Origin: Eledone cirrhosa
Lineage: Eukaryota
NCBI GenBank assembly: GCA_964016885.1
Contig: OZ024763.1
Location: forward strand, 21,328,001 to 21,392,000
Direction: 5' to 3'
DNA: 64,000 nt
Part shown: in pieces, positions 52,546 to 64,000 of the stretch
Layout of the letters: every line of letters starts with the position of its first letter
How positions within the stretch are numbered: position 1 is the first letter of the stretch
Notes under the pieces: generated by a model
What the model saw: only the letters and a program-made list of their open reading frames with translations
What the model was told of the DNA's origin: nothing
The model's database searches: none
Program-made: the position numbers and the translations under genes

Positions 52546-53277
52546 AATATGAATATATATATATATATATAAATATGTATATATATATATTTCGTTTCTG
52601 AATTTGTTTAGCAAGATTCTTTATCTGAAATCGTGTGTTGAAACCGATATTGTTATACTTTGGGAGGGTCATGTTGCCAATAAGAAACACACGCACCAGT
52701 TGCTTTCACTTCAATTTATTATAATAAATAAATTTATAAATTTATAAATTTCTGGTTGGTTGGTTGGTTCCACAACCAGATAGTTGTTTATATATAGTCA
52801 TAGTTCTTTCGTCACACACTATGTGACCTCTTCAGTGACTGGGGATACCTTTCTTTGTTTCTGTGCCTCTCCTTTGTTCTGTCCTACGCCATTTTGTTTC
52901 TGTGTGTGTGGTGTGTGCTCAGTCTGCGCATGCGCCACATCCGGGTGTCTGTGTGTGTTTATGTTCATTTATTTATTTGTTTATTTACATGTTACTGGTT
53001 GGTTGTTTGTTCTATGTGTGTGTGTGTTTTCATTTTGTCCTTAATTGTAAGTTGTGATGTTGCTGTTCCACTCATATTTTCTATTTAATTTTGGTTGTAA
53101 TTCTTTTATGTTTATTGCCTCTGTAATTTGTCTAAACATTGCGTCTTTTCTGTGTGTAGATTCTATTTTTATTTCTATGTTCTCTAATTTACCCTTGTGT
53201 TCTATTTTAGCATGTTGGTAGAGTACAGATGATTCTTTACTATCTTGAAGGTCTCACCAGTGTTAATTTATCCATTC

Positions 53278-53487
53278 CTTCAAGATAATAAAGAATCATC
53301 TGTACTCTACCAACATGCTAAAATAGAACATAAGGGTAAATTAGAGAACATAGAAATAAAAATAGAATCTACACACAGAAAAGACGCAATGTTTAGGCAA
53401 ATTACAGAGGCAATAAACATAAAAGAATTACAACCAAAATTAAATAGAAAATATGAGTGGAACAGCAACATCACAACTTACAATTAA
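53278..53487 (+). pseudogene. C-terminal remnant of a Penelope-type GIY-YIG endonuclease (mirrored on - at ~53041-53250)
   Basis: SSVLYQHAKIEH...IEIKIESTH.DAMFRQITEAINIKELQPKLNRKYEW fits the PLE pattern S.L..H...H....R...EA..I....P.LN. Confidence 0.8.
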
Positions 53488-53687
53488 GGACAAAATGAAA
53501 ACACACACACACATAGAACAAACAACCAACCAGTAACATGTAAATAAACAAATAAATAAATGAACATAAACACACACAGACACCCGGATGTGGTGCATGC
53601 GCAGACTGAGCACAGAACACACACACAGAAACAAAATGGCGTAGGACAGAACAAAGGAGAGGCACAGAAACAAAGAAAGGTATCTCC

Positions 53688-53732
53688 AGTCACTGAAGAG
53701 GTCACAGAGTGTGTGACGAAAGAACTATGACT
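53688..53732 (+). ncRNA. Minimal type I hammerhead ribozyme in the PLE 3' repeat
   Basis: AGTCA-CTGAAGA-G-GTCACA gagtg TGTGAC-GAAA-G aa C-TA^TGACT. Confidence 0.85.
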
Positions 53733-53953
53733 ATATATAAACAACTATCTGGTTGTGGAACCAACCAACCAGAAATTTATTATAAATTTATTATAATAAA
53801 TTGAAGTGAAAGCAACTAGTGCGTGTGTTTCTTATTGGCAACATGACCCTCCCAAAGTATAACAATATATATATATAAATATGAATATATATATATATAT
53901 ATAAATATGTATATATATATGAATATATATATATATACATATATATGTATATA

Positions 53954-54878
53954 TATCAGCAGTGGGGGAGGGTGCTCTGAAAGTACTGTAGCTAGAGTCA
54001 GAACTGGTTGGAAAAAGTTCAGAGAGCTTATACCACTATTAGCTGCTAAAGGGTTCTCCCTAAAAATGAAAGGCAGGTTGTACGATGCCTGCATACGAAC
54101 AGCAATGTTGCATGGCAGTGAGACCTGGGCATTGTGTGCAGAGGATATACGCAGACTAGAGAGGAACGAAGCTTGCATGCTCCGCTGGATGTGTAACAGT
54201 AATATACGTGAACGGCAAAGCATAAACGAACTAAGGAAAAAATTAGAGATAAGAGGGATCAGATGTTGTTTACTCGAGAGAAGGCTACGTTGGTATGGAC
54301 ACGTGATGCGCATGAAAGTCGATAGCTGTATAACAAAGTGCAGGGCAATAAAGATAGACGGTAGCCACGGAATAGGCAGACCTAGAAAAACCTGGGACGA
54401 GCTGATAAACTCCGACCTCACACACTTACACCTCTCCAAGACAATGTCACTGGACCGAGACCTTTGGCGGTACTCAGTAACAGAGAAGACCCGCCTTGCC
54501 AGTAGGCATCTCTAACAAAATACACCCCGTCCCACCACCACCACCCCCACCCCATCCACACCACCCCGTCCTATGTAAAGTTATGTTGGTGCCGCGCCAT
54601 CCGGGCCGAAACAAATGAGATCGTGTAGGTGTCACGACAAAAAAACACACAATCCACGCTGTAATGTGGCCGTGTAGGCAACACGGTAAAAACCTCCCAG
54701 ACCCACACTGTAAATGTGGTTGGTGTTAGGAAGGGCATCCAACTGTAGAAAACCTGCCAGACAGTCCTATGCGAGCAAGACAATCACTCTTGCCTCAAGT
54801 GGGACTACCCCCGTCCAAACCCATGCAAGCGTGGAACACGGACGTTAAACGTTGATGATGATGATGATGATGATGATA
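53954..54878 (+). mobile_element. 5'-truncated RTE-clade LINE, copy 3
   Basis: [25 protein letters not shown]...GRPRKTW, 3'UTR, (GAT)n; small deletion across the stop codon. Confidence 0.95.
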
Positions 54879-54930
54879 TATGTATATATATATATGAATA
54901 TATATATATATATACATATATATGTATATA

Positions 54931-54967
<37 letters not shown>

Positions 54968-55223
54968 ATACTTGGGGAGGGTCATATTTGTGTAATATTG
55001 CCAGAATTAATAACAGAACACACTCACTGTTTCGACACACGATTTCATATAAAAAACCTCGCAAAACTAATATATATGTATATATATATTTATATGTATA
55101 TAAATATATGAGCGTCAATATTTTTATATATTTATTTATTCCGAGGAAACTTTTTAAACATAGATTGATGCATATGTGTAATGTGTGTATGTAATATGTG
55201 TGTGCATGTAAACACATACATGT

Positions 55224-55264
<41 letters not shown>

Positions 55265-55329
55265 CATATATACATACATGCATTCTTATGTAATCAGTCT
55301 TTCAATATTTCATTCTGATATCTTTGAAA

Positions 55330-55852
55330 AGCTTAATCAAATATTATACACACAGACACACGTGTATGTATGTCTGTGTATATGTATGTATATATATATG
55401 TGTGTGTATGTATACATACACACATACATGCATACATATATCATACATACATCACACATACACATCACCCATACATATATAAATACACATACACAAAATG
55501 CATATATGATACATACATGCACACATACATATATAAATATATACATACATACACACAGATACATACATACACACATGCATACATATATACATACATGTCA
55601 CATATATATATATACATATATACACACATACACATCACATACATATATATTTATACATACACACACACACATACATGCATACACACGCATATATATATAC
55701 ATACATACATATGTATATACATACACACGCAAACACATACATACATATGTATATACATATGTATATACATACACATATATATACATACATATATACATAC
55801 ACATATATATATATGTATATACATATCCACACAAACACATATACATATGTAT

Positions 55853-55884
<32 letters not shown>

Positions 55885-57170
55885 ACACATACATACATAT
55901 GTATATACATACACTTATACATACACACATATATATGTATATACACACACACAAACACATACATATGTATACACATATGTATATACATACATATATACAT
56001 ACACATATATATATATGTATATACATATCCACACAAACACATATACATATGTATACACACACACAAACACATACATACATATGTATATACATACACTTAT
56101 ACATACACACATATATGTATATACACACACACAAACACATACATACATATGTATACACATATGTATATACATACATATATACATACACATATATATATGT
56201 ATATACATACACACACAAACACATATATACATATGTATACACACACACACACACAAACACATACATTCATATGTATATACATACATTTATACATACACCT
56301 ATATATATGTATATACACACACACAAACACATACATACATATGTATACACATATGTATATACATACATATATACATACACATATATATATGTATATACAT
56401 ACACACACAAACACATATATACATATGTATACACACACACACACAAACACATACATACATATGTATATACATACACTTATACATACACACATATATATGT
56501 ATATACACACACACACACAAACACATACATACATATGTATACACATATGTATATACATACACATATATATATGTATATACATACACACACAAACACATAT
56601 ATACATATGTATACACACACACACACACACAAACACATACATTCATATGTATATACATACATTTATACATACACCTATATATATGTATATACACACACAC
56701 ACAAACACATATATACATATGTATATACATACATTTATACATACACCCATATATATGTATATACACACACACACAAACACATACATACATATGTATATAC
56801 ATACATTTATACATACACCCATATATATGTATATACACACACACACAAACACATATATACATATGTATATACATACATTTATACATACACCCATATATAT
56901 GTATACACACACACACACAAACACATACATACATATGTATATACATACATTTATACATACACCTATATATATGTATATACACACACACACAAACACATAT
57001 ATACATATGTATATACATACATTTATACATACACCTATATATATGTATATACACACACACACAAACACATATATACATATGTATATACATACATTTATAC
57101 ATACACCTATATATATGTATATACACACACACACAAACACATATATACATATGTATATACATACATGATG
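55330..57170. repeat. (CA/TA/CATA)n tract maturing into a ~60-bp higher-order minisatellite
   Basis: ACACAAACACATATATACATATGTATATACATACATTTATACATACACCTATATATATGTATATAC units at 56640-57170. Confidence 0.92.
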
Positions 57171-57595
57171 TATATACATGACTGGTATTCTCAATGATAT
57201 TACGATGTGGGTGGAGATAGTGAAACAGTGGCTACTGGGTGTATACAGAAGATAAAGAACCGAAAAAGTTTTCTCATCATATAATAATGACAAGCAATGG
57301 TTCTACGCAATTACATAGTAGAATACCCCAAAGAAATTACATGGAAAAGGTGATGTCCATCAGAGACAGACAACAAGGGTTACAAGACGTCTATAAATGG
57401 ATTGTCCATGGTTGGCTAGCAGGCCTAACAAGATGGCTGCTAACTGTCGGAGCTGTTTTCTTCTCTAGAACTATCATCAGACTTTCATGAAATATATCAA
57501 ATACAATTTATACTGTAAATCTACTTAGGTGTGGTGTGTCGTAAATAGAAAACTGTAGGGAACTGATTATGTTGACTGCATTGTGTTGTAATGAC

Positions 57596-57645
<50 letters not shown>

Positions 57646-57883
57646 TTAAATATATGTCTGTATATATATATGTGTGAATATATATATATATACACTTAAA
57701 TATATGTCTGTATATATATATATATGTGTGAATATATATATATATATACACTTAAATATATGTCTGTATATATATATATGTGTGAATATATATATATATA
57801 TATACACTTAAATATATGTCTGTATATTTGTGTGTGAATATATATATATGTATATATATATATGTCTATATATATATATATAT

Positions 57884-58371
57884 ACAAATATCTTACAGAG
57901 AGAGAAGTGTGTTACACAGTGAGATGTGTGTAAAGAATTATTACATGTGAGTTTAACCATTACTGTCAGCGTGTATATTTGCATTCGCTCTTTCCATTAG
58001 GCTAGATGTGTAGCTAACAATTCCACACTTGCTGACTGAGGACTCTGTGGACTTTTACACTACACATGTCAGTGGCGAAACAAAATAGATTCGTATCAGC
58101 AAGCTTATAATTATAAGGTTGGTAATTTAAAACTCTACTTCGGAGATTTGATTCTGACTTAGTTTTCTATTTAATTGCCAACCTGTAGGTGTTGTTTTCA
58201 ATACAGTAACGGTTAAACTCACATGTAATAATTCTTTACACACATCTCACTGTGTAACACACTTCTCTCTGTGTAAGATATTTGTATTTGAGCTCAGTTG
58301 AAAATTCTCTGTTCTTCTTTGAGCTAATATTATTATTACTGTGAACTGCAGAATACTCTAATTCCGATCCT

Positions 58372-58373
<2 letters not shown>
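57884..58373 (+). mobile_element. Fold-back element (~83-bp arms) with HHR in the spacer and a one-sided tail
   Basis: Arms 57884-57966 / 58203-58285; HHR 58028-58103 CTTGCTGA-CTGAGGA...GAAA-C...G-TA^TCAGCAAG (8-bp stem I; stems II and III partly degenerate). Confidence 0.75.
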
Positions 58374-58409
<36 letters not shown>

Positions 58410-58884
58410 CTTAAAAATATGTCTGTATATATATCATCATCATCATTTTACGTCCGCTTTTCCCTGCTTGCAAGGGTGGGACGGGTTTTATGCAGCACAG
58501 CATCTCTCCACTTGTCACGGTCCTTCGTCATCTCCACCGTGGGCTTCAGTATATATATATATATATCGTTTCTGAATTTGTATATATATATACACACACA
58601 CACACTTAAATATATGTGTATATATAAATATATGTGTATATATAAATATATATATATATGTATGTATGTGTATAGATATATACTTGAATGAAAATAGAAG
58701 ACCAGATTCCAATAACTTCTTTTAATGTTGAACAATTACACAATACGTATTTTTATGGCCAGCAGGGATATGGTGTACCTATTCTATACTGGATACTTGC
58801 AGCCACAGACACATATAGCCAGTATATATATGTATATATATGTCTATATATGTATATATACATCCAGAAACGATATGTATATAT

Positions 58885-59266
58885 ATCCAGGCCGAAACAA
58901 ATGAGATCGTGTAGGTGTCATGACAAAAAAACACACAGTCCACGCTGTAAATGTGGCCGTGTAGGCAACACAGTAAAAAGCTCCCAGCCCCACACTGTAA
59001 ATGTGGTTGGTGTTAGGAAGGGCATCCAGCTGTAGAAAACCCGCCAGACAGTCCACGCTGTAATGTGGCCGTGTAGGCAACACGGTAAAAACCTCCCAGC
59101 CCCACACTGTAAATGTGGTTGGTGTTAGGAAGGGCATCCAGCTGTAGAAAACCCGCCAGACAGTCCTATGCGAGCAAGACAACCACTCTTGCCTCAAGTG
59201 GGAAAACCCCCGTCCAAACCCATGCAAGCGTGGAACACGGACGCTAAACTCGATGATGATGATGAT
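58885..59266 (+). mobile_element. RTE 3'UTR-only insertion with internal duplication
   Basis: Matches 54600-54878, with 58935-59053 duplicated; a further tail-only copy on - at 59634-59796. Confidence 0.9.
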
Positions 59267-59318
59267 ATGTATATATATAAATTACAGACTAATCAAAACT
59301 ATGTTCAAAACATTTTAT

Positions 59319-59365
59319 TGCTGACAATCGTTTCTTCCAAACTTTCGTTTGGAATCATCGGAGCA
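59319..59365 (-). ncRNA. Minimal type I hammerhead (core variant CCGATGA) in a ~100-bp insert
   Basis: TGCT-CCGATGA-TTCCAAAC gaaa GTTTGGAA-GAAA-CGATTG-TC^AGCA; 8-bp stem II with GAAA tetraloop. Confidence 0.8.
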
Positions 59366-59589
59366 TTACCAAAGTTTAGACATATACACACATATGTGTG
59401 TATATATATATATATATAAAGATATACATATGTGTATATATATATGTATATATATATTTATATTTATATGAATATATATGAAGATTAGGTCACAATTTTG
59501 ATCCCTCTTACAATCTGGAGATTTTGGTCATTCATAGTCCTTGAAACCTTAGGTAGAGCTGTTGTTCCTTGTATGAATATAAATAAATG

Positions 59590-59636
<47 letters not shown>

Positions 59637-60329
59637 TCATCATCATCAACGTTTAACGTCCGTGTTCCACGCTTGCATGGGTTTGGACCGGGGTTTTCCC
59701 ACTTGAGGCAAGAGTGATTGTCTTGCTCGCATAGGACTGTCTGGCAGGTTTTCTACAGTTGAATGCCCTTCCTAACACCAACCACATTTACAGTGTATAT
59801 ATATATATATATATAAGAAGAGGTAAAGAGAGAGAGGAGAGAGAGAGGAACAGAGAGTGGGAGACTGTTACTGTTGTTAGTATAGATGGCTTGTAAAAGT
59901 AATCAATATATTTCTGACAATTGCTCTTCAATTGACCTATATATAGGTTTTAGAGGTCTTAGTAACAACACAGATATTATCTTTTGTATATAAATTCCCT
60001 TGAAATGTCTGTAAAATGTTGTATAGGTTATCTATCATAACATAACATGATTTATGTAGTTTGAAAGACATTGTAGAGTTGCTGTGTATAAAGGAAGTTA
60101 TTTCTAAGTTACAAATGGGGGCCAATCCCAACAAAACTGGGTATTGAATTCCTATAAATAAATGTTTTCATTAAAAAGCAATCATAATAGTAATAGTTAC
60201 AAGTTTCTACTCTCGGTACATTCAATGGTGATTACAATTTCTCTGTTTGTTCTTCTTATACAAAATATTTCAATTTGACATAGATTAATGGTTTCTGATT
60301 TAGGCTTTACAAAACCTAGGCTCACAATT

Positions 60330-60545
60330 AACCCTTTACATATCGACAGTCGATCGAAAAGATCCCAGACCTCATTCGCTTGAACTTCTGGAATGACCCA
60401 TCCAGCATGTCTCCCTCACCACCGTCCAAGGAAACACGTTCTCCATTCTGCCTGGCAATCAAACCATAGATAATCAAGTCCAGTATTAGAACCTTTGACA
60501 TTAAGACTAAGTCCAACACCCTTACCACTAGGCCATACACCTTGA
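60330..60545 (-). mobile_element. Decayed tRNA-derived SINE (third type)
   Basis: Minus strand GGTGTATGGCCTAGTGGTAAGGGTGTTGGACT...GGTTCTAATAC tRNA-like head with an unrelated body. Confidence 0.5.
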
Positions 60546-60632
60546 CTATGTGGGTTGAATATAATTCCATAGATATATTTCTACTCTTGCGTAACAGAGT
60601 ACATATCATATATACTCTATTTATAAGGATAC

Positions 60633-60664
<32 letters not shown>

Positions 60665-60667
60665 GTG

Positions 60668-60915
60668 TGCCAGCATCAACAGTTTTCCAAGGGATGTCAA
60701 CATGAATGGACCTGTTATTTTTATCTAAAGACATTTTTTCCAATTCTACCCTGCCCGTCTCTTCAATCTATCTTATTTTTCATTCTTTCTTCTGATGAAG
60801 GACTAGCGTCCGAAATGTTAAGACCATCTTCCTGCTATTTCAAGCATTAACCTAATATATTCCTTCCATATACTGTACTGATTGTGTTGTTATTTCTGTT
60901 TACCTTTTACACACA
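60668..60915 (+). mobile_element. HHR-bearing PLE-type repeat (same family as 35810-36260)
   Basis: TCTT-CTGATGA(60792)-A-GGAC tagc GTCC-GAAA-TG-TT^AAGA with shared flanks. Confidence 0.75.
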
Positions 60916-61007
60916 CATATATATATATACATATATATATATATGTGGAAAAGTAAGAAATCGGAGATTTATATATATATGTATGTATATATATGCATAT
61001 ATAATTT

Positions 61008-61194
61008 GTCGATCGTCTTTTGTCAAATTGGACTGAGGAAACAATGTTTCCGTTGGTATTTCCAGTTGCTACTACTATCTATTAGTCGCAACTCCAGGTA
61101 GAAGGAGCAACGTGAAATAAAGTGTCTTGCTCAAGGACATAATGCATCGGTCGATTCAGTAATCGAACTGACAACCTCGTGATTGCGAATCCAG

Positions 61195-61195
<1 letters not shown>
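61008..61195 (-). mobile_element. tRNA-derived SINE (type A), 5'-clipped
   Basis: Reverse complement of the 6040-6244 body. Confidence 0.8.
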
Positions 61196-61246
<51 letters not shown>

Positions 61247-62283
61247 ATATATATATGTATATATATATTCTTTACACAAGAGTGCAAATGTCGAAAATTC
61301 TATAAAGATATATATCTATTCTTGAATAACACAGTAAAAATACCATATATATACTATAAGGATATATATGTATATATATATTCTTTAAAAAGCACTGCAT
61401 ATGCCTAAAATTCTATAAAGATATATCATCTTCATCATCATCATCATCATCATCGTTTAACACCCATCTTCCACGCTTGCATGGGTTTGGACGGTTATTT
61501 AAAGTATATATATATATATATATATGTGTATATATATATATATACTTTAAACAACAGTGCAAATGTCTAAAATTCTATATATATATATTCTTTAAACAAC
61601 AGTACATATGTCTAAAATTCTTTAAAGATATGTCTTCGTGACATGACATAAAATGAAGTAAAATTTCCCCATCCATATGGATTTACGATTTTTTTTTTTT
61701 TTTTCCCCTTTAAGAGGCCATGAATTTAATCAACTTTGCAATATAGTAAGTACAAACTAGAAGCTCACAAACTTCTTCTGTACTTAATTGATCTTAGTTG
61801 ATTTATCCAAATCCAATATATTGGTTTTCTGATTAATATTACTACTTCAAACAATGATTTTTTTTTTATGTGTTTGTTCTGTTATATATATGATTATATA
61901 TTTTTTATTTTATCTTTTTTTAATGTTGTTATAAACCTTTATAATTCTAGAAAAATCAAAGCTTTCTACAATGTCACAGAGTATATGTGTGTGTATATAT
62001 GTGTGTGTGTGTGTATACATAAGTGGTTTAAATATATACTTATATATATAAACATACATACATATATATGTGCATATATCTTATATATTTCTATATATCT
62101 TATATATATATATATATATATACATACACGTAAGTGGTTTAAATATATATATATATATATATACACACACACCCTAAGTGGTTTAAATATATATATATAT
62201 ATATAAATATACATACATATATATGTATGTATATTTTATATATTTCTATATATTTTATATATATATGCATATGTATATATATA

Positions 62284-63000
62284 TATATCATAAAACATGT
62301 CTATAGAATTATCAGATAAAATATATACCATTTCCTCTCCCTATTAGCATAATGAACTATATAAAAAATCGAATAGACCAGGCTATAAGAATAAGGCTTC
62401 TATGAAGAAATCTCCAACAAATAACCAAAACTAGCCCTTCGCGTCGGCTGCGACGGAATATTTATCGAATATTTTGACAGTGTAATCGCCCAGATACAGT
62501 CAATTAAACAGAATTAGGTGTAAAATAAACTAGGAGAAATTAGAATACATTTATTTACCTCTACCATGGTTTCGTCCGCATTTTGGCCTGATCACTTTGG
62601 AAAAGTTAATGTCTAGATAGAGCAAACTCCTGAAGAGTCCGATGCTCGAGTTCCAAATTTATTGGAAATCTCAAAATGCAGACGAAACCATGGTAGAGGT
62701 AAATAAATGTATTCTATTTTCTCCTAGTTTATTTTACACCTAATTCTGTTTAATTGACTGTATCTGGGCGATTACGCTGTCGAAGGGCTAGTTTCGGTTA
62801 TTTGTTTTCTTCATAGAAGCCTTATTCTTATAGCCTGGTCTATTCGATTTTTTATATAGTTAATTATGCTAATAGGGAGAGGAAATGGTATATATTTTAT
62901 CTGGTGATTCTATAGACATGTTTTATGATATATAGCTCTGATTATTTAATTTATTAACTTTTCATTGAGCCACAAAGTGACCCGTTGCAAAACACGTGTA

Positions 63001-63002
<2 letters not shown>
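62284..63002 (+). mobile_element. Fold-back element (~260-300-bp arms) with HHR at the spacer/arm junction and a ~68-nt tail
   Basis: Arms 62284-62585 / 62672-62934; HHR 62627-62698 CTC-CTGAAGA-GTC...GAC-GAAA-CCATGG-TA^GAG. Confidence 0.85.
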
Positions 63003-63037
<35 letters not shown>

Positions 63038-63064
63038 GTGTGTGTGTATATATATATATATATA

Positions 63065-63095
<31 letters not shown>

Positions 63096-63116
63096 GATAT
63101 TTATAGATATATATAT

Positions 63117-63248
<132 letters not shown>

Positions 63249-63259
63249 GATATTTATAG

Positions 63260-63293
<34 letters not shown>

Positions 63294-63308
63294 TTATAGA
63301 TATATAGA

Positions 63309-63730
63309 TATATTGTTATACTTTGGGAGGGTCATGTTGCCAATAAGAAACACACGCACCAGTTGCTTTCACTTCAATTTATTATAATAAATTTATAAAT
63401 TTAGGAATTTATAAATTTCCGGTTGGTTGGTTGGTTCCACAACCAGCTGATTGTTTATATATTGTCAAAGTTCTTTCGTCACACATTCTGTGACCTCTTC
63501 AGTGACTGGGGATTTTGACAATATATAAACAATCATCTGGTTGTGGAACCAACCAACCAACCAGAAATTTATAAATTCCTAAATTTATAAATTTATTATA
63601 ATAAATTGAAGTGAAAGCAACTGGTGCATGTGTTTCTTATTGGCAACATGACCCTCCCAAAGTATAACAATATCGGTTTCAACACACGTTTTCAGATAAA
63701 GAATCTTGCTAAACAAATTCAGAAACGAAA
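63309..63730. mobile_element. Non-coding fold-back derivative of the 52590-53868 PLE
   Basis: Arms 63309-63469 / 63514-63673; minus-strand HHR at 63464-63506; 57-nt tail 63674-63730 closely similar to 52590-52646. Confidence 0.9.
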
Positions 63731-63844
63731 TATATATATATACATATATGGAAAAGAATGAAACAAAATTTCATTTCTCACTCTTAGTACGGCTGATACC
63801 TAAATATATATATACATACTTATATATATACATATATATATATG

Positions 63845-63944
<100 letters not shown>

Positions 63945-64000
63945 CATCCACACACACACATTATTGCGGTTGATTCTTCTTCTATATTTATTTGTCATTT

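Larger units (their letters stand above)
52590..53868. mobile_element. Penelope-like element (PLE): inverted pair of 5'-truncated copies with an HHR in each arm and a one-sided tail
   Basis: Arms 52647-53251 and 53277-53868, 25-nt spacer, 57-nt tail 52590-52646; GIY-YIG C-terminal remnant; HHRs at 52796-52840 (-) and 53688-53732 (+). Confidence 0.9.

Noticed and set aside
55278-57197. 639-aa, 603-aa and 497-aa ORFs
   Set aside because: Translations of (CA/TA)n repeats, open in several frames on both strands with H/T/Y/I-dominated composition
57445-57485. HHR-like motif on the minus strand (CTGATGA...GAAA)
   Set aside because: No convincing stem I or stem III pairing

Overview
AT-rich, repeat-saturated eukaryotic DNA, probably intronic or intergenic. 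The SINE, RTE and microsatellite make-up resembles octopod cephalopod DNA; this is an inference from recalled repeat families. No host protein-coding gene can be supported, and nearly all long ORFs in the track are microsatellite read-throughs. Recognisable content: three young 5'-truncated copies of one RTE-clade LINE (PHD finger inside the RT region) and many older RTE, CR1 and Tx1-like fragments; at least three tRNA-derived SINE types; hAT, Tc1/mariner and piggyBac-like MITEs with target-site duplications; and several minisatellites, some built from LINE sequence. The main hidden signal is a population of small elements inserted in (TA)n tracts carrying minimal type I hammerhead ribozymes (HHRs). 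I count about 15 readable cores in roughly 11-12 distinct sequence types, most with a type-specific palindromic stem III. Many are fold-back structures with a one-sided tail. One is a ~304-nt retrozyme-like unit with terminal redundancy, and one is attached to a Penelope-type GIY-YIG endonuclease remnant. Also seen: a candidate recursive splice site, a candidate pre-miRNA hairpin and a twin-primed RTE insertion. All structures were read by eye; no folding or database search was run.
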